From an uncultured virus (IMG/VR IMGVR_UViG_3300029305_001143) (Duplodnaviria; Heunggongvirae; Uroviricota; Caudoviricetes): a DNA stretch of 60,299 bases. Location: IMG/VR virus record IMGVR_UViG_3300029305_001143; one strand, written 5' to 3'. The translations under genes were made by a program, and so were the position numbers. Of the stretch, positions 10,125 to 19,003 are shown piece after piece. How positions within the stretch are numbered: the stretch's first letter is position 1; every line of letters begins with the position of its first letter. The notes under the pieces were generated by a model. It was not told the DNA's origin, searched no databases, and worked only from the letters and a program-made list of their open reading frames with translations.

Positions 10125-10162
10125 CTTACATTATTATAATTCGTGATATCTTCTAGAATCCC
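10125..10162 (-). promoter_or_regulatory. Class I (SigH-like) promoter
   Basis: AGGGAT-N14-CGAATTATAATAATGTAAG. Confidence 0.8.
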
Positions 10163-10164
10163 TC

Positions 10165-11301
10165 TTATCCGAGGTACTCAATAGCCCAAGGATGCCGAGG
10201 ATCATTACCTGACCACCAGAACTGACCATAGTAGTCTACTCTGATATCATAAGTATCATAGTAGCCTTCCTCGTCTTCATCCTCAGACTCAACCCAGTCT
10301 TCCGCAGTATCACTACCTGTATCGATGATTCTCTGCTCGAATCCTTCACCCCAACCATCAGACATCTGACCTGTGATCTCCTCTTCGAGCATCTCAATCT
10401 CCTCACGAGATAGCTCCTTCGAAGTAGTTACTGTGATAATACAGTCGATGCCGTCGAAAGACATACTCATATTAGTAACTCCCAGAGACTCTGGAGTATA
10501 CTTATGCATGTCAGACTCATTCCAGTCTTCCATAGCCGTACTCTGCAGTTCCTCCATATAATCCATATGAGGAGGGTACTGATACCATTCATCTACTTCA
10601 CTCTGTACCATCAATCTATACTTGATAGCGAATCGGTACTGATTAGTAGCAGTATCAGTAGCTTCATCATTTCTAGCAGGTCTCATCCAGGCGATACAAG
10701 CCTTACTACCTCTACCATCGACAGTCTTAGTAATCTCGTATCCGTTCTCTCGAGCATACTCGTAAGCCTCATCTTCAGTAGGGAATTCCATAGACTTGTC
10801 TTCATCGAGATTACGAGGAAGCTTAGTCCAAGCCTGGATTAGTTCACCTGTAGAGAGCTTACGAACTTCCTCTTCATTGTAGTCTCCATACTGGACTAAT
10901 TCCTTACGCATATCTTCAGCACTCAATGCACCAGCAGCTTCTTCGATAGAGTATCCATGCTCTTCGAGACCGAAAGTACCAATGAGCTCATTACGAATAT
11001 CCTTAGGTACCTCGAACATCTTATCACGCAGAATTAGCTTAGCACTCTTGAGTCCATCCCAACCATCTACGTGACCGATATACTTCTCAAAATCTTCATC
11101 CTCTACTCTGTCATAGCAGAGGATAGTCATAACTCCCTCAGAGTCAACCTGAATCTTCTTACAGATGAACTCAGCTCCTGTAGGTTCATCTAAGATGAGA
11201 TCCTCAGAGGACTCAGATACAGTATATCCCTGAGACTCCAGGATAGCCTTAGCATCCTCAATTCGTCTCCGCTCATGCAGTCTCTTTACTATAGAATCCA
11301 T
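10165..11301 (-). CDS. Putative multi-module internal head protein
   Basis: Leader MDSIVKRLHERRRIEDAKAILESQGYTVSES; C-terminal module contains GQMSDGWGEGFEQR. Confidence 0.6.
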   Translation of the reverse strand: MDSIVKRLHERRRIEDAKAILESQGYTVSESSEDLILDEPTGAEFICKKIQVDSEGVMTILCYDRVEDEDFEKYIGHVDGWDGLKSAKLILRDKMFEVPKDIRNELIGTFGLEEHGYSIEEAAGALSAEDMRKELVQYGDYNEEEVRKLSTGELIQAWTKLPRNLDEDKSMEFPTEDEAYEYARENGYEITKTVDGRGSKACIAWMRPARNDEATDTATNQYRFAIKYRLMVQSEVDEWYQYPPHMDYMEELQSTAMEDWNESDMHKYTPESLGVTNMSMSFDGIDCIITVTTSKELSREEIEMLEEEITGQMSDGWGEGFEQRIIDTGSDTAEDWVESEDEDEEGYYDTYDIRVDYYGQFWWSGNDPRHPWAIEYLG

Positions 11302-12272
11302 TACATACTCTCCTTCTTACTCTCAAGAGAAAGCTCCTTAGCTTTAGCACTCTTAAGTACATCCTTCACTTTATCTAATACTCCTTGGCTACGGAGAGAC
11401 TTGAATGCTAAGTTACCCGCACCTGTCTCACCATGAGCAGACAAGGAGTCTTTTCTCATCAGATACATCTTATCGACGATATCTTGTAGCTCCTCGATAG
11501 AGCCTACATTCTCTATAGACTGGAGGATCTCATTCTCTATCCTCTCAGCGTCTGCAATCTCTTCCTCAGTAGGCTCAGCTGAAGGAGTAGGTTCCTTGAT
11601 CCACTTATCCATAGTCACGGAGTAAATACCGTTAGACATAGAAGAGGAGTTCACGTCCTCGACGTACAACTCCACATCAATACCTTTGATAGTAATATCA
11701 TAGGAATTATTAAAGTTACTTTTCACACTATCGAAGTACAGTCTAGCGATAGTCTCAGGATCACTCACTTCAGACAAATCAGTCACGATATGTACATCTA
11801 AGTCAGAATACTGATTATAATTATAAGCAGCATTACTACCTACTAGTCTGATATCGAAGATCCTGATATCTACTTCTGCATACTCCAAGAATGCATGGAC
11901 TATCTCGAATATCTTAGCCTGTACTTCAGGCTTTAACTTATCTCCTTCGAATAATGCAGGATTTAACTTAGGAGAGTTCTTCATGTAATCAGACAGTTTC
12001 TCATAGAGAGTGGACTCATAGACACTATGAGTACCAATATCAATTAGATACAATGTCTCTGGGAAGATTTGATATACTACTCGCAGATTGTTATCTAATT
12101 TGAAGGATCTATAATCTTTCATCCTACCATTGAGAGCATGGTCTCTGGCAGCAGGAGGGAGAGTATCACCATTAGCTAAGAGGGTAGTATACTCTTCGAG
12201 CTTCTTGCGATACTTCTTATCTATCTTCTTGTAGCTCTTCTTGAAGGTATTGCTGACGTCAATCTTCTTCAT
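11301..12272 (-). CDS. YafQ/RelE-family RNase domain fused to a Pol-beta-type nucleotidyltransferase
   Basis: N-term FKKSYKK...LPPAARDHALNGRMKDYRSFKL..NLRVVY...IDIGTHS; C-term LVGSN..YNY...SDLDVH, DVELYVE, GNLAFKSLR. Start placed at MKKID (12272), overlapping the upstream small ORF. Confidence 0.8.
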   Translation of the reverse strand: MKKIDVSNTFKKSYKKIDKKYRKKLEEYTTLLANGDTLPPAARDHALNGRMKDYRSFKLDNNLRVVYQIFPETLYLIDIGTHSVYESTLYEKLSDYMKNSPKLNPALFEGDKLKPEVQAKIFEIVHAFLEYAEVDIRIFDIRLVGSNAAYNYNQYSDLDVHIVTDLSEVSDPETIARLYFDSVKSNFNNSYDITIKGIDVELYVEDVNSSSMSNGIYSVTMDKWIKEPTPSAEPTEEEIADAERIENEILQSIENVGSIEELQDIVDKMYLMRKDSLSAHGETGAGNLAFKSLRSQGVLDKVKDVLKSAKAKELSLESKKESM

Positions 12273-12381
12273 CTTCAGCATCCAGGGAATCCAGCATAGA
12301 GAAGAACTCATTCAAAGTCATAGGACCATTGAGTTGACCATAGTCTCTCTCAATAGACTCTCTAATCTTCATCTCATCCAT
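12259..12381 (-). CDS. 40-aa putative mini-antitoxin (DinJ/RelB C-terminus-like)
   Basis: MDEMKIRESIERDYGQLNGPMTLNEFFSMLDSLDAEDEED. AAGGAG RBS, acidic, 14-nt overlap with the toxin start; absent from the ORF track. Confidence 0.6.
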   Translation of the reverse strand: MDEMKIRESIERDYGQLNGPMTLNEFFSMLDSLDAEDEED

Positions 12382-12397
12382 ATCCCATTCTCCTTTC

Positions 12398-12435
12398 CTT
12401 ACATAATTATAATTCGTGATATAAAGGAGAATCCC
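12398..12435 (-). promoter_or_regulatory. Class I (SigH-like) promoter
   Basis: AGGGAT-N14-CGAATTATAATTATGTAAG. Confidence 0.8.
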
Positions 12436-12599
12436 TCTTACTCAGAAATGGAATACTTTCCATGTCTTATTAGCTTCCAGCATAAGCTTATAAGTGATTA
12501 TTATATAATGATAATTATATAATAATAGACCTCTCCTCTTACGGAGTTGCTTATGATTTATGTGCTGCTGATGCAGCATCGGAAGCGAAAGCTTCCAGC

Positions 12600-12630
12600 A
12601 TAAGCAACGTAACAGATCTAGACAATAGGC
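12600..12630 (-). promoter_or_regulatory. Class II promoter
   Basis: GCCTA-N16-CGTTGCTTAT. Confidence 0.6.
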
Positions 12631-12634
12631 GACT

Positions 12635-12946
12635 TTACATCTCTAGATTTAGGACTCTAGTTCTATACTCTGTATCTGTCTCATAGTAGGTACTATGATC
12701 CTCAGGATCTACTATAGGGATACGTATATCTACTGAATACTTCACCTTGACTGTCATGAACTTATCTGTCTTACTGACCATACTAATCTCTTCTACGGAA
12801 GCTCCTGACTCATACAGACCTAGTGAATGATTCAGAGTATCTTCTACTCTTCTATAGACATCATCTGTGATATACTCTGCTCCCTTAGATTCTTGAAGTC
12901 TCTTCATACGATTACGTACGAGAGCATCTGCGATGTAATTACCCAT
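12635..12946 (-). CDS. Putative internal head protein (leader ...RNRMKRLQES)
   Basis: Start at MGNYIA after a GAGGAG RBS; basic leader ending in LQES. Confidence 0.55.
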   Translation of the reverse strand: MGNYIADALVRNRMKRLQESKGAEYITDDVYRRVEDTLNHSLGLYESGASVEEISMVSKTDKFMTVKVKYSVDIRIPIVDPEDHSTYYETDTEYRTRVLNLEM

Positions 12947-12957
12947 ACTATATCTCC

Positions 12958-13473
12958 TCACTTAAAATATTCAATATATTTCTCTACTAGTTTCCTAGTA
13001 TTCTCAGACAAGATCATCTTATCTTTCTGCTTCTCGTACCAGTCATACGCAGTATTGCCATAGTGATTGCCTGCGGACTGCCAGTCACATAGCATCTCTA
13101 CTACATAAGCCTTAGGCATATCTAGTGCCTGTACTTGAGGTTCATCTACATCATTGATAAGGCACCAGTACTGCCAGTGATGAGGGTTATGATTTTGGTG
13201 ATGCATCCAAGCTAAGTTGAAAGCTTCAGAGGATCTAGAATTATGCTCTGGGTCATAGAAGTAGTCTCGGTATGCAGGGAACTCTTCCTGTCCATACTTA
13301 GACTTATCATGCATTTCTATGATACCTTGGATATGGTCTACTTCCTCTTGCGAGATATTCTCTTCTCTCAGGAGAGGTAGCATGATACTCTCGAAAGCTC
13401 TACGTACTCCTTCTGTATGCTTCTTCAGATAAGCATCGTATTGCATACTAGCTCGGATCTTCTCCTTATTCAT
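12958..13473 (-). CDS. HD-fold metal-dependent hydrolase (DUF5662-like)
   Basis: H...HDKSK...HHQNHNPHHWQYW...MP...EMLCDW. Confidence 0.75.
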   Translation of the reverse strand: MNKEKIRASMQYDAYLKKHTEGVRRAFESIMLPLLREENISQEEVDHIQGIIEMHDKSKYGQEEFPAYRDYFYDPEHNSRSSEAFNLAWMHHQNHNPHHWQYWCLINDVDEPQVQALDMPKAYVVEMLCDWQSAGNHYGNTAYDWYEKQKDKMILSENTRKLVEKYIEYFK

Positions 13474-13946
13474 ACATCATCACCTATCTTATATATCTTC
13501 TGATTAGTACTAGCCAAAGGTACACCATAGGAAGAATATGTAGGATCTGTTAGCATCTCATCATACTCTCCGCATTTTACGTACATCTGTTTATACTTTA
13601 GTAATTCTGGATACATAGTACTGAGCTCGCTAATAGTATAGTGCGTGTAAAGAATTACCTCTAGTCCAGCACTGAAAGCTGCATCAATGACAGCTAGTAA
13701 TTCCTCGTACTGTTCAGTCCATTCGAACCCTCCAAGGACGATACCATTAGCGAACTTGTTAGCTAGTACTCTATTGATGAGATCATCTAATTCTTCCTCG
13801 TAGATAGGCATACTATATCTGTCCTGATGGAAGCATCCTGGGCAGTGATGATTACAAGTCTTCGCCCAGATCATGGTACCTAGTCCGAAGGGAGTATCAA
13901 ACCTATCTGAGTAGATTCCTCTATGTTGGATCTTCATATCAGGCAT
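13470..13946 (-). CDS. nrdG: Anaerobic RNR activating radical SAM protein
   Basis: CNHHCPGC, LGGFEW, LYT, VKCGEY, LASTNQKI; nrdD is in the same window. Confidence 0.85.
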   Translation of the reverse strand: MPDMKIQHRGIYSDRFDTPFGLGTMIWAKTCNHHCPGCFHQDRYSMPIYEEELDDLINRVLANKFANGIVLGGFEWTEQYEELLAVIDAAFSAGLEVILYTHYTISELSTMYPELLKYKQMYVKCGEYDEMLTDPTYSSYGVPLASTNQKIYKIGDDV

Positions 13947-14127
13947 TCACCTTCTTGTAGAGTCCACAGTGACACAGACCTTCTGTGGTCTTCTCTCTGA
14001 ACTCCTTGCACATACATTTAGTATCGGGAGTCTTGAACAGCATACAAGGGCAGTATCCCTCATTATTCTTGAGTCCTTCACGGATAGCATTGACTACTTC
14101 CATGTCTTCATTAACTACGATCTTCAT
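13939..14127 (-). CDS. Ferredoxin:thioredoxin reductase catalytic-subunit-like protein
   Basis: GYCPC...CMC...CHCGLY. Confidence 0.8.
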   Translation of the reverse strand: MKIVVNEDMEVVNAIREGLKNNEGYCPCMLFKTPDTKCMCKEFREKTTEGLCHCGLYKKVNA

Positions 14128-14202
14128 TTAAGTAACCTCCTCAGATCTTTCAGTTCAGTTGTATAATATAATGCGGGGAGCTGTCCCCAAAATATAATAA
14201 AA

Positions 14203-14236
14203 CCTCTCCACGAGCCTAGAACAGGCCATGGAGAGG
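14203..14236 (-). terminator. Rho-independent terminator
   Basis: CCTCTCCA...TGGAGAGG followed by TTTTATT on the minus strand. Confidence 0.65.
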
Positions 14237-14240
14237 ATAC

Positions 14241-14465
14241 TCAGCTATATACTTTCTGGAGGATTTCTATAGCTTGAGCGTATGCAAATTCTGTATCATG
14301 ACCTAGCTGCTTATAGAAGTCAGGATACATATGACACTCATAGCCAAGTCTGAGTGCATTACGATGAGCAACATCATCATAGTCCCAGTCCTTACATATC
14401 TGGAGAGCTTTCTTGTACTCTCCTGCTGCTACTAGTCTTCTAACTTGAGCATTCTTAGTCTCCAT
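14241..14465 (-). CDS. Hypothetical protein
   Basis: 74 aa, GGAGG RBS. Confidence 0.7.
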   Translation of the reverse strand: METKNAQVRRLVAAGEYKKALQICKDWDYDDVAHRNALRLGYECHMYPDFYKQLGHDTEFAYAQAIEILQKVYS

Positions 14466-14516
14466 TATTACCTCCTAGGTAGGAGGAGGGATTGCTCCCT
14501 CCTCCGCTAGATATTA

Positions 14517-14843
14517 TTAGTCAGCCCAAGGTACGATGACCAGATCATCGTACTTACGCCAGTCGTACTCATCAGGATCATCTTCCAGCTTGATGCAGAG
14601 AACCTTAGCAACATGCTGGATCTCACCGAACTGACTCAGGTACTCCTGGGTAGGCTCCAGCATCTCCTCAGTACATACGACCTGGACACCATTGCTGTAG
14701 TCGTTAGCGATTCGGATGAGACCTTCCTGAGTCTTCACATTATTGAAGATGTGCAGGAAGTTGATAGCGTACTCCTGGATATTGCCTTCGATCACCACAT
14801 TGACCTCATAGGCAGGGAAGGTGCTCATAGCGTACTTCTTCAT
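14517..14843 (-). CDS. Hypothetical early protein
   Basis: 108 aa, follows a class I promoter and AAGGAGAAATTAACTATG. Confidence 0.75.
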   Translation of the reverse strand: MKKYAMSTFPAYEVNVVIEGNIQEYAINFLHIFNNVKTQEGLIRIANDYSNGVQVVCTEEMLEPTQEYLSQFGEIQHVAKVLCIKLEDDPDEYDWRKYDDLVIVPWAD

Positions 14844-14880
14844 AGTTAATTTCTCCTTTAAAGTAGATTAGGGATTCACC

Positions 14881-14918
14881 CTTACATTATTATAATTCGT
14901 AATGTAAGGGTGAATCCC
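14881..14918 (-). promoter_or_regulatory. Class I promoter inside a perfect 20-bp inverted repeat (14870-14919)
   Basis: AGGGATTCACCCTTACATTA-CGAATTATAA-TAATGTAAGGGTGAATCCCT. Confidence 0.8.
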
Positions 14919-14936
14919 TTCTTATATTTACTTTAT

Positions 14937-15260
14937 TTAGACTCCAAACATCTCCTTGCCGTGAGGAGTAAGCTCATAGATAGGGATCTTCACAAAGCCA
15001 GAGGTGATAGATTCGATAGGTTCTTCCTCGATGAGATTCTCAGAGATCAGCCAGTCAGCCATACCTTCATTCTCAGAGTAGTCCTTCACAGCAATACGAT
15101 CATGGTCGATGTAAATATCAGGATTGACAGTCACTTTAGTGATAGGACCTTCTTCATTACTCCAAATCTCGATAGCCAGATTACCATTAGCGTATTTACC
15201 GATCTGGAAGAAGCAGTTACTATATTCGCTATATCGGCTAGTGTAAGTAAAAGTACTCAT
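14937..15260 (-). CDS. DUF4313-like protein
   Basis: Y.NGNLAI...TVN...VKDYSENEGM..WL....I....SGFV..PIY; start at MSTFTY. Confidence 0.65.
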   Translation of the reverse strand: MSTFTYTSRYSEYSNCFFQIGKYANGNLAIEIWSNEEGPITKVTVNPDIYIDHDRIAVKDYSENEGMADWLISENLIEEEPIESITSGFVKIPIYELTPHGKEMFGV

Positions 15261-15261
15261 A

Positions 15262-15516
15262 TTACTTACCCTCCTTCTTATACAGTTCCTCGATAGTGTA
15301 ATCAAAGGGATGATAGATATTAGTACGGATCCATCCATTACTCTGGAAGACTTCAGTCTTCAGGCAGTCTCCTGCACCATAGTTGACTACATCAAAGATG
15401 ATACGCTCACCATCAGAGGTTTCACCGAACTGGAGCTCTCCTGCTTCATTGATCTTGTCGATCGTACCACAGATGGAGTTCCAGTCGCGAGAGTCGAAGT
15501 TAATCGTATTAGCCAT
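15262..15516 (-). CDS. Hypothetical protein
   Basis: Start at MANTINF fits the RBS spacing. Confidence 0.7.
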   Translation of the reverse strand: MANTINFDSRDWNSICGTIDKINEAGELQFGETSDGERIIFDVVNYGAGDCLKTEVFQSNGWIRTNIYHPFDYTIEELYKKEGK

Positions 15517-15865
15517 CGTTCTCATCCTCCTTAGTCTCTACTTCAATAAGCTTGAAGTAACCGAGCTGGAAGTTCAGAGCCAGATCGAAGATAAGACCAT
15601 CACCACTCTTAGAGAACTGCTCCTCAGCGAGGACACTAGCATTGCGATAGATCAGAGAGCACAGGTAGTCCTTGTCCTTCTTAGTGAGATTCACAAGAGG
15701 ATTACTAGACGTATACATATTGTGATGAGGATTACTCTTGTGGTACGTGATATCCCACTCAGACACAGGCTCAGGAGTAAGGATAGCCTGGAGGATACGC
15801 TCCTGACGATCCATCTTCTCCTTGATCTCGTTATACTCCTGCAGGCTCATACGCAATTCACTCAT
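15509..15865 (-). CDS. Hypothetical early protein
   Basis: 118 aa after a class I promoter. Confidence 0.75.
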   Translation of the reverse strand: MSELRMSLQEYNEIKEKMDRQERILQAILTPEPVSEWDITYHKSNPHHNMYTSSNPLVNLTKKDKDYLCSLIYRNASVLAEEQFSKSGDGLIFDLALNFQLGYFKLIEVETKEDENDG

Positions 15866-15904
15866 AGTTAATTTCTCCTTTATTTAATTTGTTGAGGACT
15901 TACC

Positions 15905-15942
15905 CTCACATCATTATAATTCGTGACAGGAGATAGAATCCC
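15905..15942 (-). promoter_or_regulatory. Class I promoter
   Basis: AGGGAT-N14-CGAATTATAATGATGTGAG. Confidence 0.8.
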
Positions 15943-15963
15943 TCCCTACTGACGGAAAATTTA

Positions 15964-16173
15964 TCAAAGATCGTACGCAGTGTAAGGCATATCCTGAGCT
16001 CGTTCCATAGCAGCCTGAGCTTTAAGCTTTCTGCTTTTGATGCATCCAGGACAGATGTTCTTAGCTTTCGGAGACTTACGCTTCCAGTGAGACAGACTCT
16101 CATATGTCTCCTGACCACAGTTCTTACAGATATAAATACGCTGATTACCTTCAGTTCTACTCTTCTTAATCAT
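15964..16173 (-). CDS. Small zinc-ribbon protein
   Basis: CKNC...CPGC; start at MIKKSR after GGAGG. Confidence 0.6.
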   Translation of the reverse strand: MIKKSRTEGNQRIYICKNCGQETYESLSHWKRKSPKAKNICPGCIKSRKLKAQAAMERAQDMPYTAYDL

Positions 16174-16712
16174 CTTTCTACCTCCTGTAATACTTCGAAG
16201 ATTTGTTCTCTCGTCCTCTGATCTAATATCTCCTGCAATTCTGCGCATAGTTCATGTATCACTTCTACAGGAGTCATCTGCTTATGGATGAGTCTATTCA
16301 TAGCTATGTTAAAGTACTTATTAGTACACATATCCTTGTAGTACTTATCACAGAGAGCGAAGGATGTATACTGGATCTCTCTATCAGCAGGATTGATAGC
16401 CTTGTCATCCAGATAGATATCAGCACCTATCTTACGACAGTCATTACCATACATATCGATACGCCATTGAAGATTCTGATTGATAGCATCAAATTCGAGA
16501 CCTACAGATTTGCATGCTTCTACAGCATCTTCAAGTAACTTACCTTCACGATTAGTCCATAGGATGAGCTGTACTCCTTCAGACTGGATTGTCTTCACAT
16601 AGAAGATATTCTCAGGGATAGGTCTACCTACCTCTGGGAATGCATCCTCAGTGAAGAGAGTACCATCGAAGTCGATAGCAGCTACCTTGACTTCACGACC
16701 ATTAATTACCAT
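16170..16712 (-). CDS. HAD-superfamily hydrolase
   Basis: AIDFDGTL, LWTNR, RKIGADIYLDDKA. Confidence 0.85.
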   Translation of the reverse strand: MVINGREVKVAAIDFDGTLFTEDAFPEVGRPIPENIFYVKTIQSEGVQLILWTNREGKLLEDAVEACKSVGLEFDAINQNLQWRIDMYGNDCRKIGADIYLDDKAINPADREIQYTSFALCDKYYKDMCTNKYFNIAMNRLIHKQMTPVEVIHELCAELQEILDQRTREQIFEVLQEVER

Positions 16713-16917
16713 CTTCCATCATCCTGTCTATAGCAATCTTTAACTTCAGCCAACAGTCCTCACAGATATGAACTTCACCTTTGATAGTAGGATCTTCATA
16801 TCCTGCTGAATCACTACGGAGTGTCACGTAGTACTTGTGAGTACGATAAAAGAGTCCGTATTTGGTAGCTACCTCCTCACCACAGATATTGCATTTCTTA
16901 CATGGATATACTTTCAT
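16702..16917 (-). CDS. Small Cys-containing hypothetical protein
   Basis: CNIC...CEDC; overlaps its neighbours. Confidence 0.6.
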   Translation of the reverse strand: MKVYPCKKCNICGEEVATKYGLFYRTHKYYVTLRSDSAGYEDPTIKGEVHICEDCWLKLKIAIDRMMEDGN

Positions 16918-17137
16918 TAGATGATCTCTCCTTCACCAACAGTTCTTCACCATAGATCTCATGATATCTCTTAATCATACTATGTACGATGAATGCTTGA
17001 GTCTTCAGCTTACGATCGAGACGATTGTATTTATCTACATCTCTTTCGATACTCTTGAGCCATCTTCTCTTGATCCAAAGATTAAAGGTAGATTTAATTA
17101 ATTCCTTCATCTTCATCCTCCTCAGGATTGAATACAT
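16898..17137 (-). CDS. Hypothetical protein (true start probably a later Met)
   Basis: ORF in a tightly packed operon. Confidence 0.55.
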   Translation of the reverse strand: MYSILRRMKMKELIKSTFNLWIKRRWLKSIERDVDKYNRLDRKLKTQAFIVHSMIKRYHEIYGEELLVKERSSNESISM

Positions 17138-17240
17138 CTCTCAGTACTAGATAAATCCACTTGATGAATAGGTAGACACATACAAGACCATAAATCACTA
17201 GACCTAAGAGTAATATACTCGCCAGGATATCCTTCCACAT
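17094..17240 (-). CDS. Small membrane protein (48 aa)
   Basis: MWKDILASILLLGLVIYGLVCVYLFIKWIYLV...; GAGGTG RBS. Confidence 0.5.
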   Translation of the reverse strand: MWKDILASILLLGLVIYGLVCVYLFIKWIYLVLRDVFNPEEDEDEGIN

Positions 17241-17375
17241 ACTATCACCTCAATAGTAGATACTTGAGCCAGTCAGGCATATCAGATCCCATTATCAGAT
17301 TAAAGTACTCCACTCCTAGGTAGAGTATGAACGCTACTAGGAGTAGATAGAATATGTATATTAGAACTTTCACGA

Positions 17376-17582
17376 TCACACCTCGATGACATCTGTCCTA
17401 GTTACATCGACTGTGTAGTTACTCTCATCTCTCATAGGAGCATGAGCATACACAGTCCTCAATACTTTATCCTTGGCTTCCTCTTCACTATGAGCGAGAG
17501 TATAACCTCTCTTATAATTGTGGATAGTATGATTGTCGAAATGACGACTGACGATATAGAAATAGATTTCCATAGTTCTCAC
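17376..17582 (-). CDS. Hypothetical protein
   Basis: 68-aa ORF after a class II-like site. Confidence 0.6.
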   Translation of the reverse strand: MRTMEIYFYIVSRHFDNHTIHNYKRGYTLAHSEEEAKDKVLRTVYAHAPMRDESNYTVDVTRTDVIEV

Positions 17583-17590
17583 CTCACATA

Positions 17591-17621
17591 ATAAGAGACG
17601 TAACAGACTCTATAATTAGCC
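17591..17621 (-). promoter_or_regulatory. Class II promoter, variant
   Basis: GGCTA-N16-CGTCTCTTAT. Confidence 0.45.
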
Positions 17622-17893
17622 TAGCTCTTCAACTTGAGCTCTACTTTATAAAGAGGACAGTTGACTCTATTGAGAGATCCAGGCTCAGGACGATAAGGAC
17701 AATTATGATCGTCACAAGTATTACAATTAGGGAGGCTTCTGATGAAGTCCTCTGATGCTACTTGCTGAGCTTTGAGAGCTTCATATTCAGCTTCTAGTTT
17801 CTTCATAGACTGCTGGAGTAGCTTGTATCTCTTGAGCAGTCTGAAGTACTTGGTATTATCGTTCATGAGGTAGCTCACCTGTCTTTCTATCAT
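17621..17893 (-). CDS. Hypothetical protein with coiled coil and Cys cluster
   Basis: LPNCNTC...C.YRP......NCPLY. Confidence 0.65.
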   Translation of the reverse strand: MIERQVSYLMNDNTKYFRLLKRYKLLQQSMKKLEAEYEALKAQQVASEDFIRSLPNCNTCDDHNCPYRPEPGSLNRVNCPLYKVELKLKS

Positions 17894-18356
17894 AGTTCTC
17901 GTAGTAAGGATCTACCTCGAAGAACTTACATCTGCCATGAGGCGTATCCTCATCATGACAATCCTCCCAGCTAGAATGGATATAATCATCGTTAGTACAT
18001 CCGATACCGAATTCAGCTTGAGGTACATTACCTAGATGCTTGCACTGATAGCAGTTGTACATTCTAGGCATCTTATACGGACACATAGTAGTACCACTGA
18101 AATCTACTCGATGTCTCTGGAAGTACCAAGGGAACTTGATATCAATACCAGTCTTGTGATAGATCCAATTACGGACATTGACACTCCAGTTATGGTACTT
18201 GTACCTAGCACGATACTTACAATCCCTGCCATGAGGACATTCATAGTCATGCTTACAGCAATATCCAGTCTCGAAGATGATACCCTTGATCTTCTTACGC
18301 TTCTCAGGATCCTTATTCATCAGATCATGCTGAAAGAATGCATTGAAGTACTTCAT
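17856..18356 (-). CDS. Cys-rich hypothetical protein
   Basis: 166 aa with many Cys/His residues. Confidence 0.7.
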   Translation of the reverse strand: MKYFNAFFQHDLMNKDPEKRKKIKGIIFETGYCCKHDYECPHGRDCKYRARYKYHNWSVNVRNWIYHKTGIDIKFPWYFQRHRVDFSGTTMCPYKMPRMYNCYQCKHLGNVPQAEFGIGCTNDDYIHSSWEDCHDEDTPHGRCKFFEVDPYYENYDRKTGELPHER

Positions 18357-18359
18357 AGA

Positions 18360-18686
18360 TCATTCCTCACTTCCGAAGATGAGATTATCAGAATCATCCG
18401 ATAATTTATTGAGCCATAGGAGTAGACCTTCATCAGTATCCAGATCTACAACATCGAATAGAGTACCTAAGTACTTAGACCACTGCTGGAATCCTCTGAT
18501 GAATCTAAGCTTATCCTCTGGAGATGTCAGCTCATTCATCCTCTCGTTATTAGTGATAGCTGTCAGGACCATACCAGTATGATGGCACTCCTCACAGCTA
18601 CTACATCCGATAGAGTTCTCACCTATGATGGTAATGAATCCTTTACCATTGCATATAGGACAGGGTCGATCACGATAGATAGCCAT
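18360..18686 (-). CDS. DnaJ-type zinc-finger protein
   Basis: CPICNGKG...CEECHHTG. Confidence 0.65.
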   Translation of the reverse strand: MAIYRDRPCPICNGKGFITIIGENSIGCSSCEECHHTGMVLTAITNNERMNELTSPEDKLRFIRGFQQWSKYLGTLFDVVDLDTDEGLLLWLNKLSDDSDNLIFGSEE

Positions 18687-19003
18687 TATTCTCCTCCTCC
18701 TATTCTTCGCAGTATCTCAGCATACTCCTTGAACCAATCTTCCACATAGCCTACATCCGTTTTGATGATGGTACCGTCCTCACATACATAATCAGAGATA
18801 TTAGACTGTGAGAGTTCTCTCTCAATTCTGGCGATTAATTGCTCTAGCACATCCTTCACTACATCGGAGGTAGGGACATCTTCCAGTACTGCGATACAAG
18901 TTTCTACTCCACGTCTATCTCCTTCATCTTCCTTGGAAACAAGTTGAGGCAACCATCTCTTGTATGTGGCAAGCAACGCTTCTCGCTCAATGTAATCCTT
19001 CAT
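18686..19003 (-). CDS. Hypothetical phage protein
   Basis: MKDYIEREAL...PTSDV pattern, common in Clostridia phages. Confidence 0.7.
   Translation of the reverse strand: MKDYIEREALLATYKRWLPQLVSKEDEGDRRGVETCIAVLEDVPTSDVVKDVLEQLIARIERELSQSNISDYVCEDGTIIKTDVGYVEDWFKEYAEILRRIGGGE

Noticed and set aside
12273..12311. Track start MSSSLCWIPW for the toxin-NTase fusion
   Set aside because: It has no RBS and lies inside the upstream 40-aa ORF; MKKID at 12272 matches RelE-family N-termini.
14841..14860. AAGGAGAAATTAACTATG resembles the pQE/T5 expression-vector RBS
   Set aside because: It recurs with natural variation before several phage genes (15863, 22483, 55700) with no other vector sequence, so it is a native strong RBS.
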